In this document: positions 38,039 through 49,795 of the stretch, piece by piece
Layout: each line of letters starts with the position of its first letter
Numbering within the stretch: the stretch's first letter is position 1
Assembly: GCA_000004695.1 (NCBI GenBank)
Contig: CM000153.2
Span: forward strand, 1,568,001 to 1,632,000
DNA length: 64,000 nucleotides
Source of the DNA: Dictyostelium discoideum
Taxonomy: Eukaryota
Direction of reading: 5' to 3'
Translations under genes and position numbers: made by a program
Notes under the pieces: model-generated
What the model was told of the DNA's origin: nothing
The model's input: the letters and a program-made list of their open reading frames with translations, nothing else
Database searches by the model: none

Positions 38039-38468
38039 TGGAATACAAAATCAAAAGAAACAATAAAATAAAATAAAATAAAATAAAATAAAATAAAATA
38101 AAATAACTAAATATATATATAGAGAGAGGTGTGTGAGTGGGGGTGTAGATTTACAAACCATTATTTTCTTTAAAAGCAGTGTATAAAAGTAATTTATTGG
38201 TATTCTTTGTTTTTAATGAAACTTTAGTGAGTACTGATGCACAAACTTGTTTTGTTTTATCATCTTCGTTCACTCTTAAAGATTTATAACTGCCATCTTT
38301 AAAAAAAACTTTAATCACAACATCCTGTTAAATTAAATTAAATTAAATATTTAAAAATAAATTAATTTAAACAATAATTAATATTTCACCTTTTTTTTTT
38401 TTTTTTTTTAATTATGTATAAATTTAAATCTATTCATTAAAAATTACATGTGCTACTTACTGTTGATC

Positions 38469-38472
<4 letters not shown>
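35328..38472 (-). CDS. Multidomain protein: N-terminal RA/ubiquitin-like β-grasp region, calponin-homology (CH) domain, long proline-rich (FH1-like) region and an acidic Q/E-rich tail
   Basis: Four exons on the minus strand: 38461..38472 (MGST), 38159..38324, 37472..37836, 35328..37376. The exon-1 donor is GTAAGT; the exon-2 donor is GTTTGT (GTAAAT 3 nt downstream is the alternative). The exon-3 acceptor is ambiguous; several in-frame AGs lie within 37780..37840 and 37836 is the most upstream. The exon-3 donor GTATGA and the exon-4 acceptor ttttAG (AG at 37377-37378) are firm. The RA-like piece is DVVIKVFFKDGSYKSLRVNEDDKTKQVCASVLTKV...LLLYTAFKENNG|ITCQEIAETENPGTIYKKWEEDNQLDKFKLIFKKKK. The CH domain is QSQTVIIDWINKKLVEFGKNEKIENLESDLKNGCVLALLLEGLSGLSIKDFNRTP...IENNNIILRFLKVLGVNLVNITGEDM. 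A PPPP/PPLP-rich stretch runs about 400 aa. The track ORFs 37466..37870 and 35328..37238 are internal pieces of this gene. Confidence 0.55.
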
Positions 38473-38508
<36 letters not shown>

Positions 38509-38769
38509 AAATTATTGATTTATTGAAAAAGAATTATTTTTATCTTGTTAAGTTATACAGTTAAATTTGATACAATTTTTTTTTTTTTTTTTTTTATTAT
38601 ACTCTTTTTTTTTTTTTTTTTTTTTTAAAGTATAATTAAAAAAAATTAAAAAAAATAAAAAAAAAATGAATAATATATTCTAAAAATTAAACACACTGAT
38701 TGGTTTTTTTTTTTTTTTTGTGTTGTGTGGGGTAAAAAGTGTATGTTTATTGTAATTTATTAATATTAT

Positions 38770-38806
<37 letters not shown>

Positions 38807-39061
38807 AAAACAGTGGCTAAGCGATAAAAATAACAAAAAAAAAAAGAAAAAAAATGATTGAGATGAGACAAGAGATATATTGTACAATAACCACTATGAA
38901 TATATGTGTATTTATATAAAGGTGTTTAGTGATCTTTGTTGAAATAGTGTATAAAAATATTTATAATAAAAAAAAAAAAAAACCAAAAATAATAGGCAAT
39001 ATTTATTTCTTTCTAAAAAATTTGATCCAACAATTGTTAAAATTAGTTGGTACTGAATTAA

Positions 39062-39119
<58 letters not shown>

Positions 39120-39948
39120 AAGTGTACTAAAATTACATAAAATAAATAAATAAATAAATAATGGAAATAATAAAAAATAAATAAAAAAAAGAAAAATAAA
39201 ATAATAACAAAATAAGAAAAATAAACAAAAAAAAAGACTTTCAGGATTTTTTTTTTTTTTTTTTCATTTTTTTTTTTATTTTTAATTTTTTTTTTTTTTG
39301 AAAAATGACACTTTAGTGCTCAAAAAATGGGTATTCTTTTAGTTAATCTAGATAATGGGAAATTTTATTTGAAATTAAAAAAAAAAAAAAAAAATTTATA
39401 AGAATTTTACTTATAGTGAATCATCAAATGGTAAATCGTATGAATTTTTGAAAGAGTTAGTTTTTTTTTTTTTTTTTTTTTTTATATGACTCTTATACAA
39501 GGCATTTATTTCTAATTTAATTTTTAGTTCATGTTTTTGATTGATTATTTTTTTTATTTTATATTTTTTTTATGGGGGATTTGGATTTATTATTAAAAAA
39601 AAAAAAAAATAAAAAAAAAATAAAAAAAAAAAAAATAAAAAAATTTTCTATAAAAAGAAAATTAAAATTAGATCCCAACGGGGAAAAATAAAAATCTACT
39701 AGTATTTGTTCGTTACTCTGAATTGAAAAAATAATAAGAAAAAAAAAAAATTTTAAAAAAAATAATAAAAAAAAAAAAAAAAATAAAAAAAAAATAAAAA
39801 AAAAAATAAAAAAAAATAAAAAAAAAAATCATTCAATTTGCGCGCGCACATTTAGAAAAATTAATAAACAAATAAACAAATTATTATATTATTATTTTAA
39901 TTTATACATACATTTATACATACATACATATATACATACATATAGAAA

Positions 39949-40528
39949 ATGGATCAACCACAAGAATCAGTATTTATTAGAGTAAATGGTGAAATTTTAG
40001 AATCTCTCATTAATCAAACTTCAGCAAATAAAATATCAAAGGGAATGATTTTAGCTAAGTTTTTAGATATTGACCAAGATAAAGGCACAGCAACAATTGA
40101 ATCAACAGATTCAAAGCATCTTAAATTCTCTGTTCCAAAAGATAAATTTAATTCAATTAATAAAAATAACTATTACCAAATTTGTTTTACTTTTGAATAT
40201 ACCACAACAATTGGTGTACAAGGTGTAGTTTTATCATTATTTGATTTTGGTCCAGTTGATTCTTTTGGTAAGTTTTCATATTAATTCTTTTTTTTTTTTT
40301 AAATTTTAATTTTTCCTATATATAGTTTATTTAAATATTAATTTTTTTTCTTTTTTTTTTATACATTACAACTTTTTTTTTTTTTTTTTTTTTTTTTACC
40401 CAAAATAAAAAAAAATATATTTAGATACTTACTCCTATTCCCTCACATATTTCAATTATTGGAACATTATCAAAGATAGATACCCACAACTTAAAACTGA
40501 ATCTGATCAAATGGACCAACAATATTAA
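39949..40528 (+). CDS. Small OB-fold protein resembling replication protein A 14-kDa subunit (RPA3); alternatively a Ten1-like protein
   Basis: Two exons: 39949..40267 and 40425..40528, with a GTAAGT donor at 40268 and acceptor AG at 40423-40424. The product is MDQPQESVFIRVNGEILESLINQTSANKISKGMILAKFLDIDQDKG...VDSF|DTYSYSLTYFNYWNIIKDRYPQLKTE... It aligns weakly with human RPA3 ([28 protein letters not shown]...LGLYNEAVKIIHDFPQFYP). Confidence 0.4.
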
Positions 40529-40855
40529 AATTAAAAGGAAGGAAAAAAAAAAAAATAAAAAAAATAAAAAAAAAAAAATAAAAAAATAATAAAACTTTTT
40601 TTGTATATGTAAAAATCTAATTTTAAAATTTTATAAATTTTATTAAGTTTGATCAAAATTAGTAATATTTTTAACACCAAATTTACACTTCATCCGAATT
40701 TCAAAAAAAAAATAAAAAATTAAAAAAAAAAATGAAAAAAAAAAAATAAAATAAAATTTCATCTTTTTTTTTTTTTTATTATTTTTTTTTTTTTAATTTC
40801 AGTTCACCAAACAAAAAAAAAAAAAAAAAAAAAAAAAGAAAAAGAAATAGTAGCA

Positions 40856-41984
40856 ATGAATAATAAAAAGTTTCAAGTTAATTTCAATAACATTCCAAAA
40901 TTACCAAAAGGTAGTTTCGGTGGCGGTTTTGGTTTATTAGCATTAGGTGGTGTTGGTTTATTAGCACTTAGTAGTTTAGTTAATGGTAAGTTCCAAATAA
41001 TTTCAAAAAAAAAAAAAAAAGTATATTGTAAAAAACCAAAAATTCTAATAGTAATTATTTAATTATTTATTTTATGACTATTTATTTATTTATTTATTTT
41101 ATGACTATTATTTATAGTTGAAGGTGGTCATAGAGCAATTGTATTTAATAGATTTGTTGGTATAAAGAATAAAGTTTATAATGAAGGTACTCATTTTATT
41201 GTTCCATGGTTTGAACGTGCTGAAATTTATGATGTTAGAGCTAAACCACGTAGTATTTCATCATTAACTGGTAGTAAAGATCTTCAAATGGTTAATATTA
41301 CAATCAGAGTTTTATCAAAACCAAAAGTTAGTCAACTTCCAGCCATCTATAGAACATTGGGTAAAGATTATGATGAAAGAGTATTACCATCAATTGTAAA
41401 TGAAATTTTAAAGAGTATTGTTGCACAATTCAATGCATCTCAATTAATCACTCAAAGAGAACAAGTGTCAAGATTAATCTTTAAAAGATTAGTTGATCGT
41501 GCTAAAGATTTCAATATTGAATTAGATGATGTTTCAATTGTAAATATTATTATTATTATAAATTATATAATTAATTAATTTATTAATTAATTATTTACCA
41601 CTAACCAAATTTAATTTTTATTTTTTTATTATTTTTTAATTTTTTATTTTATAGACTCATTTAAATTTTGGTAGAGAATATGCAGCAGCAATTGAAGCAA
41701 AACAAGTTGCACAACAAGAAGCTGAAAGAGCACGTTTCTTAGTTGAAAAAGCATTACAAGATAAAAGAAGTATCATTGTTAAAGCAGAAGGTGAAGCCCA
41801 ATCTGCTCAACTTATTAATGATGCAATTAAACAATCACCATACTTGGTACAACTTAGAACTTTAGAAGCAAGTAAAGAAATTGCTCATATCCTTTCAAAA
41901 TCACCAAACAAATTATATATTAGCAATGAAACTTTATTATTAAATGGTTTTGATTTAAATAATAATCAACAACCAAAAAAATAA
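40856..41984 (+). CDS. Prohibitin-2 (PHB2)
   Basis: Three exons: 40856..40985, 41118..41539, 41655..41984. The donors are GTAAGT at 40986 and GTAAAT at 41540. The acceptors are AG at 41116-41117 and AG at 41653-41654. The spliced protein ...LVN|[69 protein letters not shown]...[29 protein letters not shown]...LDDVSI|[33 protein letters not shown]... is near-identical in motif order to human PHB2 ([17 protein letters not shown]...[18 protein letters not shown]...[29 protein letters not shown]...[40 protein letters not shown]). Confidence 0.9.
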
Positions 41985-42128
41985 ATAAATAAAATAGTAA
42001 ATTTAAATTTTATAAATAATAAATAATAAATAATGATAATATAAATGTAAATATATATTTAATTTTTATTTTTTTTAAAAGAATTCACTTTATTTTTATT
42101 TTTTTTTTTTTATTTTTTTTTAATGTAT

Positions 42129-43458
42129 TTAAGCGGTAGTGGTAACATCTGGAGTAGTTGCGGTGGCATCTCTTGGTTCTGGAACTAAAGCGATTTTAAC
42201 AGAGAGTTCTCTACTTTCAACAGAGAGTTTGTTAAGGGTGAGACCTTTTTGTTGATTGGCAACATCATCGAATTCGACGAAACCGAAACCTTTGCTTCTG
42301 TTGGTGTGTTTGTTGACAATGACATGAGCACTCTTTGGTGAGCAATCTTTGAAGGTTTCTAATAATTTAACATCATCAAAAGAGTATGGAATGTTTCTGA
42401 CAAAGAGGGTAGTGGTACTTTGTTGTCTGTCAGCAGTGTTGGCAGCTGGTCTTCTTTCTCTCTTTGGTTTAGAGGTTTTGGTAGCTGGAGCAGCGGCGGT
42501 TGAGGCAGCAGCAGTGTTGGTGGTGGCATCGGTGTTGGTGGTGGTAGTGGCAGCTTTGACGTCTTTGGTGTTACGTCTGGCATTTCTACGTTTGGTGGTG
42601 GTATTACCATTTAAAGTTGGTGATGCTTCAGTGGATTCAGTAGTAGCATTTTCGCCAGTGGTGGTGCTGGTTGGTTTTGGTGTTCTAGTCTTTCTGGTTG
42701 AAGTTCTCTTTGGTTTGCTTTCGGTACTCTTTTCACGAGCGATTTCAACATTGACTTGTTTACCGTCGAATTCTCTACCATTGATGGCGGCAACAGCTTT
42801 ATTGGCAGTTTCTAAATCTTCCATATCAACGAAACCAAAAGTGTTACTCTTGAACTTCTTTTTAATGATTCTAACACTTAAACTATAATATTTTTTTTAT
42901 TTTAAATAAAATTAATATTAATATTCAAAAAATAAAAAAGAGTTTATATAAAATTATTATTAAAAAAAAAAAAAAATTAAAAAAAAAAACAAGAATTGGG
43001 TTTGAAATTTTTGAGAAAAAAAAAAAATAATTAAATGTTTTGCAAGTTATCCTTTTTTTTTTTTTTTTTTTTTTTTTATTTATTTTTAGGTTTCACCATT
43101 GAGTTTCATTGCATATCACATTGTTTCCTTTGACCTTTTTTTAAAAATTTTTTTTTTTTTTTTGTGTGTGAAAAACGAGCGAAAAAAAACGGGCATAAAA
43201 ATAGTGTGTTTTATTATTGATTTTTTTTAAAAAAAAAAAAAAAAAAAATAGTGTATTGATTTTATGTAGTATTTTTTTTAAAAATATATATTTAGATATA
43301 TAAAAAATTAATTGGTTTTTATTTACTTACACTTTACCGAATTCAGCAAAAGCAGTTTCTAAAGTTGAGGATTCAACATTTTCAGTTAAGTTACCAACAA
43401 AAATTCTGTGGGCTGGAGTAGTTGGGGTGGTGATGGTGGTTTCGGATGGAGCAGACAT
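42129..43458 (-). CDS. RNA-binding protein with two RRM domains and a basic T/A/K/R-rich linker; RRM1 is interrupted by an apparent 1-nt frameshift
   Basis: Exon 1 is 43331..43458 (MSAPSETTITTPTTPAHRIFVGNLTENVESSTLETAFAEFGKV, RNP2 = IFVGNL) with a GTAAGT donor. Exon 2 begins at 42881 (acceptor tatAG), LSVRIIKKKFKSN..., but is out of frame by 1 nt with the downstream ORF 42129..42824 (..FGFVDMEDLETANKAVAAINGREFDGKQVNVEIA = RNP1 and β4 of RRM1, then the linker, then RRM2 LFVRNIPYSFDD...KGFGFVEFDD). The break is at the A4/T4 run around 42837..42840. Confidence 0.55.
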
Positions 43459-43571
43459 GACTTTTTCTTTCTATAAATTGTCTAGAAATGAGGGAAGGGA
43501 AATAAAAAAAAAAAATATAAAAAAATTATATTAAACAAATATGTATGTGTATGTATTGAAATTGGACTTTG

Positions 43572-43654
<83 letters not shown>

Positions 43655-43965
43655 CAAAATTAAAAATTTAAAAAAAATTAAAAAAAAAAAATTAAAAATA
43701 AAAATAAAAATAAAAAAAAAAAAAAAAGAAAATCCAACTGTCTCCTCCTTCTTCGGTTTTTAATTTATTTTTTTGTGTTAACTTCTTGAATTAAAATAAA
43801 AAAAAAAAAAAATGAAATAAAATAAAATAAAAAAGATTAAAAAGGAAAATAAAATAAAATTTTTAAAAAAAAAATTAAAAATTAAAAATAGAAATTATAT
43901 AAATAAATATAAATGAAAAATGACTTGGATGCCAATTCAATTTTGATTTTTTTGCCATTTTTCTC

Positions 43966-44003
<38 letters not shown>

Positions 44004-44299
44004 AATTATCAAATAATTAAAGTATTTAATTATTTATGAATTGAATTTAAATACCTAAATCCAAATTTCATTTTTAATTTTTTTTAATTTTTTTTAATGT
44101 TTTAATAATATTTTTTTAATTCTTTTCCGTTGAATGTTTTTTAATATTCCATTTTTATTTTATTTTTTTTTTTTATTTCCATTGAATGTTTTTGATTATC
44201 TTGGATATTATTTTTAATTAGATTTTTTAATTTCTTTCAAAAAAAATAAATAAATAATAATAATAAAAATAAAAAAGGAGAATAACTTTTTTAATATTC

Positions 44300-44332
<33 letters not shown>

Positions 44333-44540
44333 GTATTCCATTTTTATATTTATTTTCTTTTAATGTTTTTTTATTAAAATTGATTATTTTAGATATTTAT
44401 TTTAATTGGATTTTTTAATTTACTTGTGATTAAAAAAAATAAAATAAAATAAAATAAAATAAAATAAAAAAAAAAAAAAAAAAAAAAAATTTACAATTAA
44501 TATTTTTAATTTAATAAATTAAAAATTTTTTAAGAATACA

Positions 44541-44572
<32 letters not shown>

Positions 44573-44602
44573 TTATTTATCTATTTATTATTTAATCAAG
44601 CT

Positions 44603-45308
44603 CTAAAAGACACCTCCACAAATATTTAAAACACATGCTCCAATAGTGAGTGCAGAGGCAATAACAATTGCAATCCAACTGGTGGTTGGACCTTGGTAAT
44701 AGTTGTCATCAGATCTTGCGAAATCAAATCTACCATTATCATTATTACAAAATTGATCTTTGAATGCATCAGAGTCGTATCTATTTCTGCAATCTTTTTT
44801 TGATGCATTTTGGACACCCTATTAAAAAAAAATTTTAAAAAAAATTAATATTAAAATTATTATTTTTTAATAAATATAAAATAAAATAAATAAAAAAACT
44901 TACCAAAAAGATGAACATTGAAAGTAAACAACAAATAACGGCAAGGATTAAAATGAATTTACCAATCATTGGAAGAATACTACCGAGGATTGGAATTTTT
45001 TCGAGAATACCAAAACCAGAGAGTAAAGTGATAACAGCGGCAATAATAAGGACAATCCAAGCAAGGATATCAAAAGCCAATGAAGCATTAAAGATGGCAT
45101 ACATATTTTTATTATCTTCTTTTACACTCTTTGGAATAGAATTTGTGTATGTTCTGGTGCCATCATCAGTTCTAATTTGATTATATTTAATTAATGATGA
45201 AGTATCACCAATTTCATATTTATACCAATAACTGGCAAAGGCAATAGTACAACAAACTAAAGCCAATAAAATTAAAACAAAGCTAACAAATGCTAAAACT
45301 TTTGCCAT
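44603..45308 (-). CDS. Four-TM membrane protein with Cys-containing extracellular loops, paralog 1
   Basis: Two exons: 44904..45308 and 44603..44818, with a GTAAGT donor (reverse complement of acttac at 44898..44903) and acceptor aatAG. TM1 is LAFVSFVLILLALVCCTIAF; TM2 and TM3 follow the conserved FNASLAFDILAWIVLIIAAV motif; TM4 is WIAIVIASALTIGACVLNICGGVF. Family not identified. Confidence 0.6.
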
Positions 45309-45536
45309 TTTTTTTTTTTTTTTTTTTTTTTTAATAAAATATTTAATATTAAAATAAATTTATTTTTTAAAAATATTATAGGTTTAATAAATAAATAAAA
45401 AAAAAAATTAACTGATTTTTTTTTGTTTTTTTCGTGCCAACTGTTTTTTAAACAATGATTAAAAAAAGTATCAAAATTATTTTTAAAAATAATTTTTCTA
45501 TTAATAAAAAAAAAAAAAAAAAAAAATTAAATAAAA

Positions 45537-45569
<33 letters not shown>

Positions 45570-46013
45570 TATTTTAAACTAATTTATTTGAAAAAAGGAA
45601 CCCCAAACCGCCAGTTAGATTTTTTTAGTTTTAAAATGATTTTAATTTTTTTAATGATTTTAATTTTTTTAATTTTTTTTAATTTTTTTTATTTTTTTTT
45701 TTTTTTTGTTTTTCAGATAACTTTGGAAAATTGTCTGAAAATCATTTTTTGTCTCAAAAATCAAGTGTTTTACGACAGTTAGGGCGCCTACACAGAATTG
45801 TAAATCCTTCAATTTTTCTTTTCTTTTTTTTTTTTTATCTTAATTTATTTTTTCAAATAATATTTATTAATATTTTTTTATTTCTTTAAATTTCTATTTT
45901 TAATCAACATTATTTTATTTTATTTATTTTTTATTTTTTATTTTTTATTTTTTTTTTTTTATTTTTTTTTTTTTTATTTTTATTTTTATTTTTTTTTTTT
46001 TTGGTTGACAGAT

Positions 46014-46774
46014 TTATTTTCCAGAAGTTTCTTCATTCTTAACGAAAACACCACAAACAATTGCAATGATAGAGGCTATGAGAGATAAACCAGAAGCAGC
46101 AACAACAAAACCAAAAGATAGATGAGGACCCCATTTCATAGATTGACCACTAATATCAACATCACCAATAAATGATTTAAAATAGGCACTATCACAAGCA
46201 CCGATTTCATCATCACCATCATTCATTTGATTTTTACAATCATTCTTTCTAGCATTTGATAAACCACAAAATATAAACATTGATATCATTAAGAAAATAG
46301 TTGAAATTATTAAAACAAATTTAGAAATCATATGAATCTTTGGAATTGGAATAAGAATTAATTTACCAACAATTTGTAATGATATTAAAACAGCACCAAT
46401 AATTAATGTAATCCAACCGAGAATATCAAATGCTAAAGATGCATTAAAAATCTCTAATTGGTGTTTCATGGTTTTCTTCACATCACTTGTATAATCTTGG
46501 ACTACACTTTGTTCATTTCCATCCATATTCAATATAAGTTTTGCTTGATTATATTTTAAATATGTAGTTGTTGTTGTAGATATTCCATTACTTGATGTTG
46601 TTTCAATTTTCATATAATACCAATATGCTATATTAAAAAATAAATTAGAATTATTATTATTATTATTATTAATATTGTTTAAGATTTGCAATTCTTACAT
46701 GAAAATGCAATAGTTGCAGCAACGAAACTAAGTACTACAAATACTAATGAAATTAAAGCTGATATTTTAACCAT
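46014..46774 (-). CDS. Four-TM membrane protein, paralog 2 (tandem with 44603..45308, same strand)
   Basis: Two exons: 46699..46774 (MVKISALISLVFVVLSFVAATIAFS plus 1 nt, GTAAGA donor) and 46014..46627 (acceptor tatAG). It shares TIAF(A/S)SYWY, EIFNASLAFDILGWITLIIGAV, SMFIF(L/C)G...KDC...and the C-terminal TM GLSLIASIIAIVCGVF with paralog 1. Confidence 0.6.
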
Positions 46775-46860
46775 TTTTATAATAAAAAAATTAATAAAAT
46801 AAAATACAATTTAATAAATAATTTATAAATAAATATAATACAAAATGAATACAAGTGATT

Positions 46861-46893
<33 letters not shown>

Positions 46894-47240
46894 GTTAAAT
46901 AATTTTAAAATTGATTTTTATTAATATTTTTTTTTTTTTTAAAATTTAATTTTAATTTTAATTAATTAAAACTTTTGATAAATTATGAAATCAAAAGGTA
47001 AATGTCAGATCTGTTAAAACCGTTTCTAAATTAATTATTTTTGCAGATTATTTTTTTTTTTTCTTTTTCGAAAATCAAAGAACACCATCGATTAAAAAAT
47101 AAAAAAAAATTTTTACAAAAACTAATTAGTTAGGTTAAAAAACTAAGTAAAAATTTTTTTTTTTAAACAAACTGTTTTTTAGATATTTAAAAAACTTTTT
47201 TTTTTTTTTTTTTATATCCCTATACTAAGTGCTTGTGTTT

Positions 47241-47272
<32 letters not shown>

Positions 47273-47546
47273 TTTTTCTGATTTGCAATAGAATGAATTA
47301 ATTCTGACGGTTTTATTTTTTGACATTTTTTTATTATTTTATTTTTTATTTTAATTTTTTTTTTTTCAAAAATAATGTCAACTTTTTATAATAATAATAA
47401 TAATGATAAAAAATTTAATAAAAAAAAAAAAAAAAATAATATTTAATTAATTTGAAATAATTTGGATTTATTTATTTATTTGTTGTGTTTATTATTTTTA
47501 AATTATTATTATTTTATTTTTATTTTTATTATTTTTTTTTTAATTT

Positions 47547-49128
47547 TTAAACATTAAGAATAATGGATCTGATTGGAGCATAACCATTTGGAGTGTTTAG
47601 TGAGATCACCAATTGTTCAGTACCAACATATTTGGTTAAGATTGGAGCATTTCCAATATCACTTGGTATTAAAATATCAAACTATGTTATTTAAGTGGTA
47701 ATAATAGTAAAAACAAAAATAAATAAATAAAAAAAAATTAATATTTTGTTTTCTTATAATTATTATTATTATTATTATTTAAATAACACTTTAAAATATA
47801 TACTTACATGACGTAAAAATCCTTCACCCTTTGCTCTAATTGCAATATTACGATGAGAATATAAGTTATTATATTTAAGAATTAATTCTGCTTCTTTATC
47901 CATTAATTTTTTTAAAAGTTTCTTTTTTTCAACAAAGAACCAAATAAAAAATGGAATCCATAAAACAACACCAAACAAAAAGCATGTTCCTATAATTGCT
48001 AAAAAGAACAAAACAGTAAGACCATGGTTAAACTAATTTTAAAAAATGAATAATTATTAATATTAAAAAAAAAAAGTTATTATTTTTTAAAATTATAATT
48101 TTAATTAAAAATATATTATACTTACATGACATTTTAAACTTTGGAAATCTTCAACCATATTATATACTTCAGTTTCAGTTAAATAATTATATAAACTTAA
48201 ATCATAATAAAAGTTAAAACCATCATTTCCACCTAAATTAAATTTCACTAAGAAAAAAAAAAAAAAAAAATTTTAAAAAATTTAAAAATTTGTTAATAAA
48301 TATCATTCATTGTATGTATGTATGTACGGATGTTTTAAAAAAAATTTATACTTACCAAATCTTTTACCAATTATAGTATTTGCTTTTAAAACTGCAGTAC
48401 CAGATTCATTTCTAAATCCATAATCAGTGAAAAATAAAGTATCTGGGAATGGTTCCATAATTAAAGCATTTTTACCATTATCAAGTGGAATTGCTTGAGA
48501 AAGGACTACTGGGGGGGATATCTGGATATACAAGGTTAACACATGCTTTTGCACCTAAATAACTACCAACTTCATGTAATTCAAATTTAAGATTTCTTCT
48601 TGAAACTTGTTTATTTAAATATTCAATACATATATTAAAATCATTAGTTAACTTTAATTGTATACAAATATTTATAAATAAAAAAATAATTAGTATATAT
48701 TATTAAATATTATTTTTTTATTTTGTTTTGTTTTTTATAATAAAAAAATAATTACAGTTTTTTTAAAAGAGAACCATCTAATAACTTCAGAGATTGAAAT
48801 TATTAGTGCAGCAATGAGACCAATGAAATAATACATAAGTGGTGTTAGTATTAAAAGATAGGAAATAAAATGTCTTTGACAATTATTTGACATAATTTCT
48901 AAACATCTTAAATATTCTATTTTTAAAAAAATATTAATTTTAAATTTTATTAATAATTTTACAAATTTATTTATTTTTTTATTTTTTTTTTATTTTTTTT
49001 TTTTACTTGGAAATATTTTAATTACCTTTTGGAGGAATAATACCAGTTAGTTCCCTTGGGAAAAATTCACTATTAAATTCTCCATATCTATATTGTCTTG
49101 GAGTTGACTTGATTTTAAGGATACCCAT
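47547..49128 (-). CDS. Six-exon membrane protein of unknown family (about 314 aa; TM helices near both ends)
   Basis: Exons on the minus strand: 49026..49128, 48756..48916, 48356..48554, 48126..48247, 47808..48032, 47547..47681. The donors are GTAATT, GTAATT, GTAAGT, GTAAGT and GTAAGT; the acceptors are all AG after T/A-rich tracts. The product is MGILKIKSTPRQYRYGEFNSEFFPRELTGIIPPK|EYLRCLEIMSNNCQRHFISYLLILTPLMYYFIGLIAALIISISEVIRWFSFKKT|VQKHVLTLYIQISPPVVL...GKRF|VKFNLGGNDGFNFYYDL...KCH|FNHGLTVLFFLAIIGTCFLFGVVLWIPFFIWFF...GFLRH|FDILIPSDIGNAPILTKYVGTEQLVISLNTPNGYAPIRSIILNV. Confidence 0.5.
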
Positions 49129-49182
49129 TTTTTAAAATAATAATAAAATATTTATCTTTTTTTATTTTTATTTGTTTTAAAC

Positions 49183-49215
<33 letters not shown>

Positions 49216-49364
49216 AAAATTTTAAAAATAAAACACAACAATCAAAAAAAAATTTTAAAAAAAAAAAATCAAAAAATCAAAAACCGATTTTGGACTTATT
49301 TTTTTTCAGGACTTAAAAAAGTAAAATTTTTTTTTTTTTTTGGCCCAAGATATTTTTTAGTTTT

Positions 49365-49406
<42 letters not shown>

Positions 49407-49461
49407 AAAAATTTATTTTTGGGTCAAAACAATGAAATATCCTTAAAAAACAGTTTAATCT

Positions 49462-49492
<31 letters not shown>

Positions 49493-49795
49493 TAAACCAA
49501 TGAATGAAATGGTTGTTTTTTTTTTTTTTATAAAATAAAAAAAAAAAAAATCTTTTTGGTAGTATCGAAATGAAGAAAAAAATAAAAAATAAATAAAAAA
49601 AAAATAAAAAAATAAATAAAAAAAAATAAAAAAAGATATTTGTTCAACGTAAAATTTTAAAATTTTTTTTTAAATTTTCTTCAAATTACACATTTTCTAT
49701 TTATTTTATTTATTTTTTTTTAAAAAATAAGTTTGTAATTTTTTTTTTTTTTTTTTTTTTTAAGTCATTTAATTTTATTTTTATTTTTATTTTAT

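Noticed and set aside
48555-48755. In-frame-looking segment ...LTNDFNICIEYLNKQVSRRNLKFELHEVGSYLG... first read as a coding exon (it suggested a PIG-Q/Gpi1 'GLKLN' motif)
   Set aside because: It is 1 nt out of frame with the downstream exon (a C7 run at 48503..48509 fixes the frame). A clean acceptor (tatttAG|GTG at 48554) makes it intronic, so the PIG-Q assignment was dropped.
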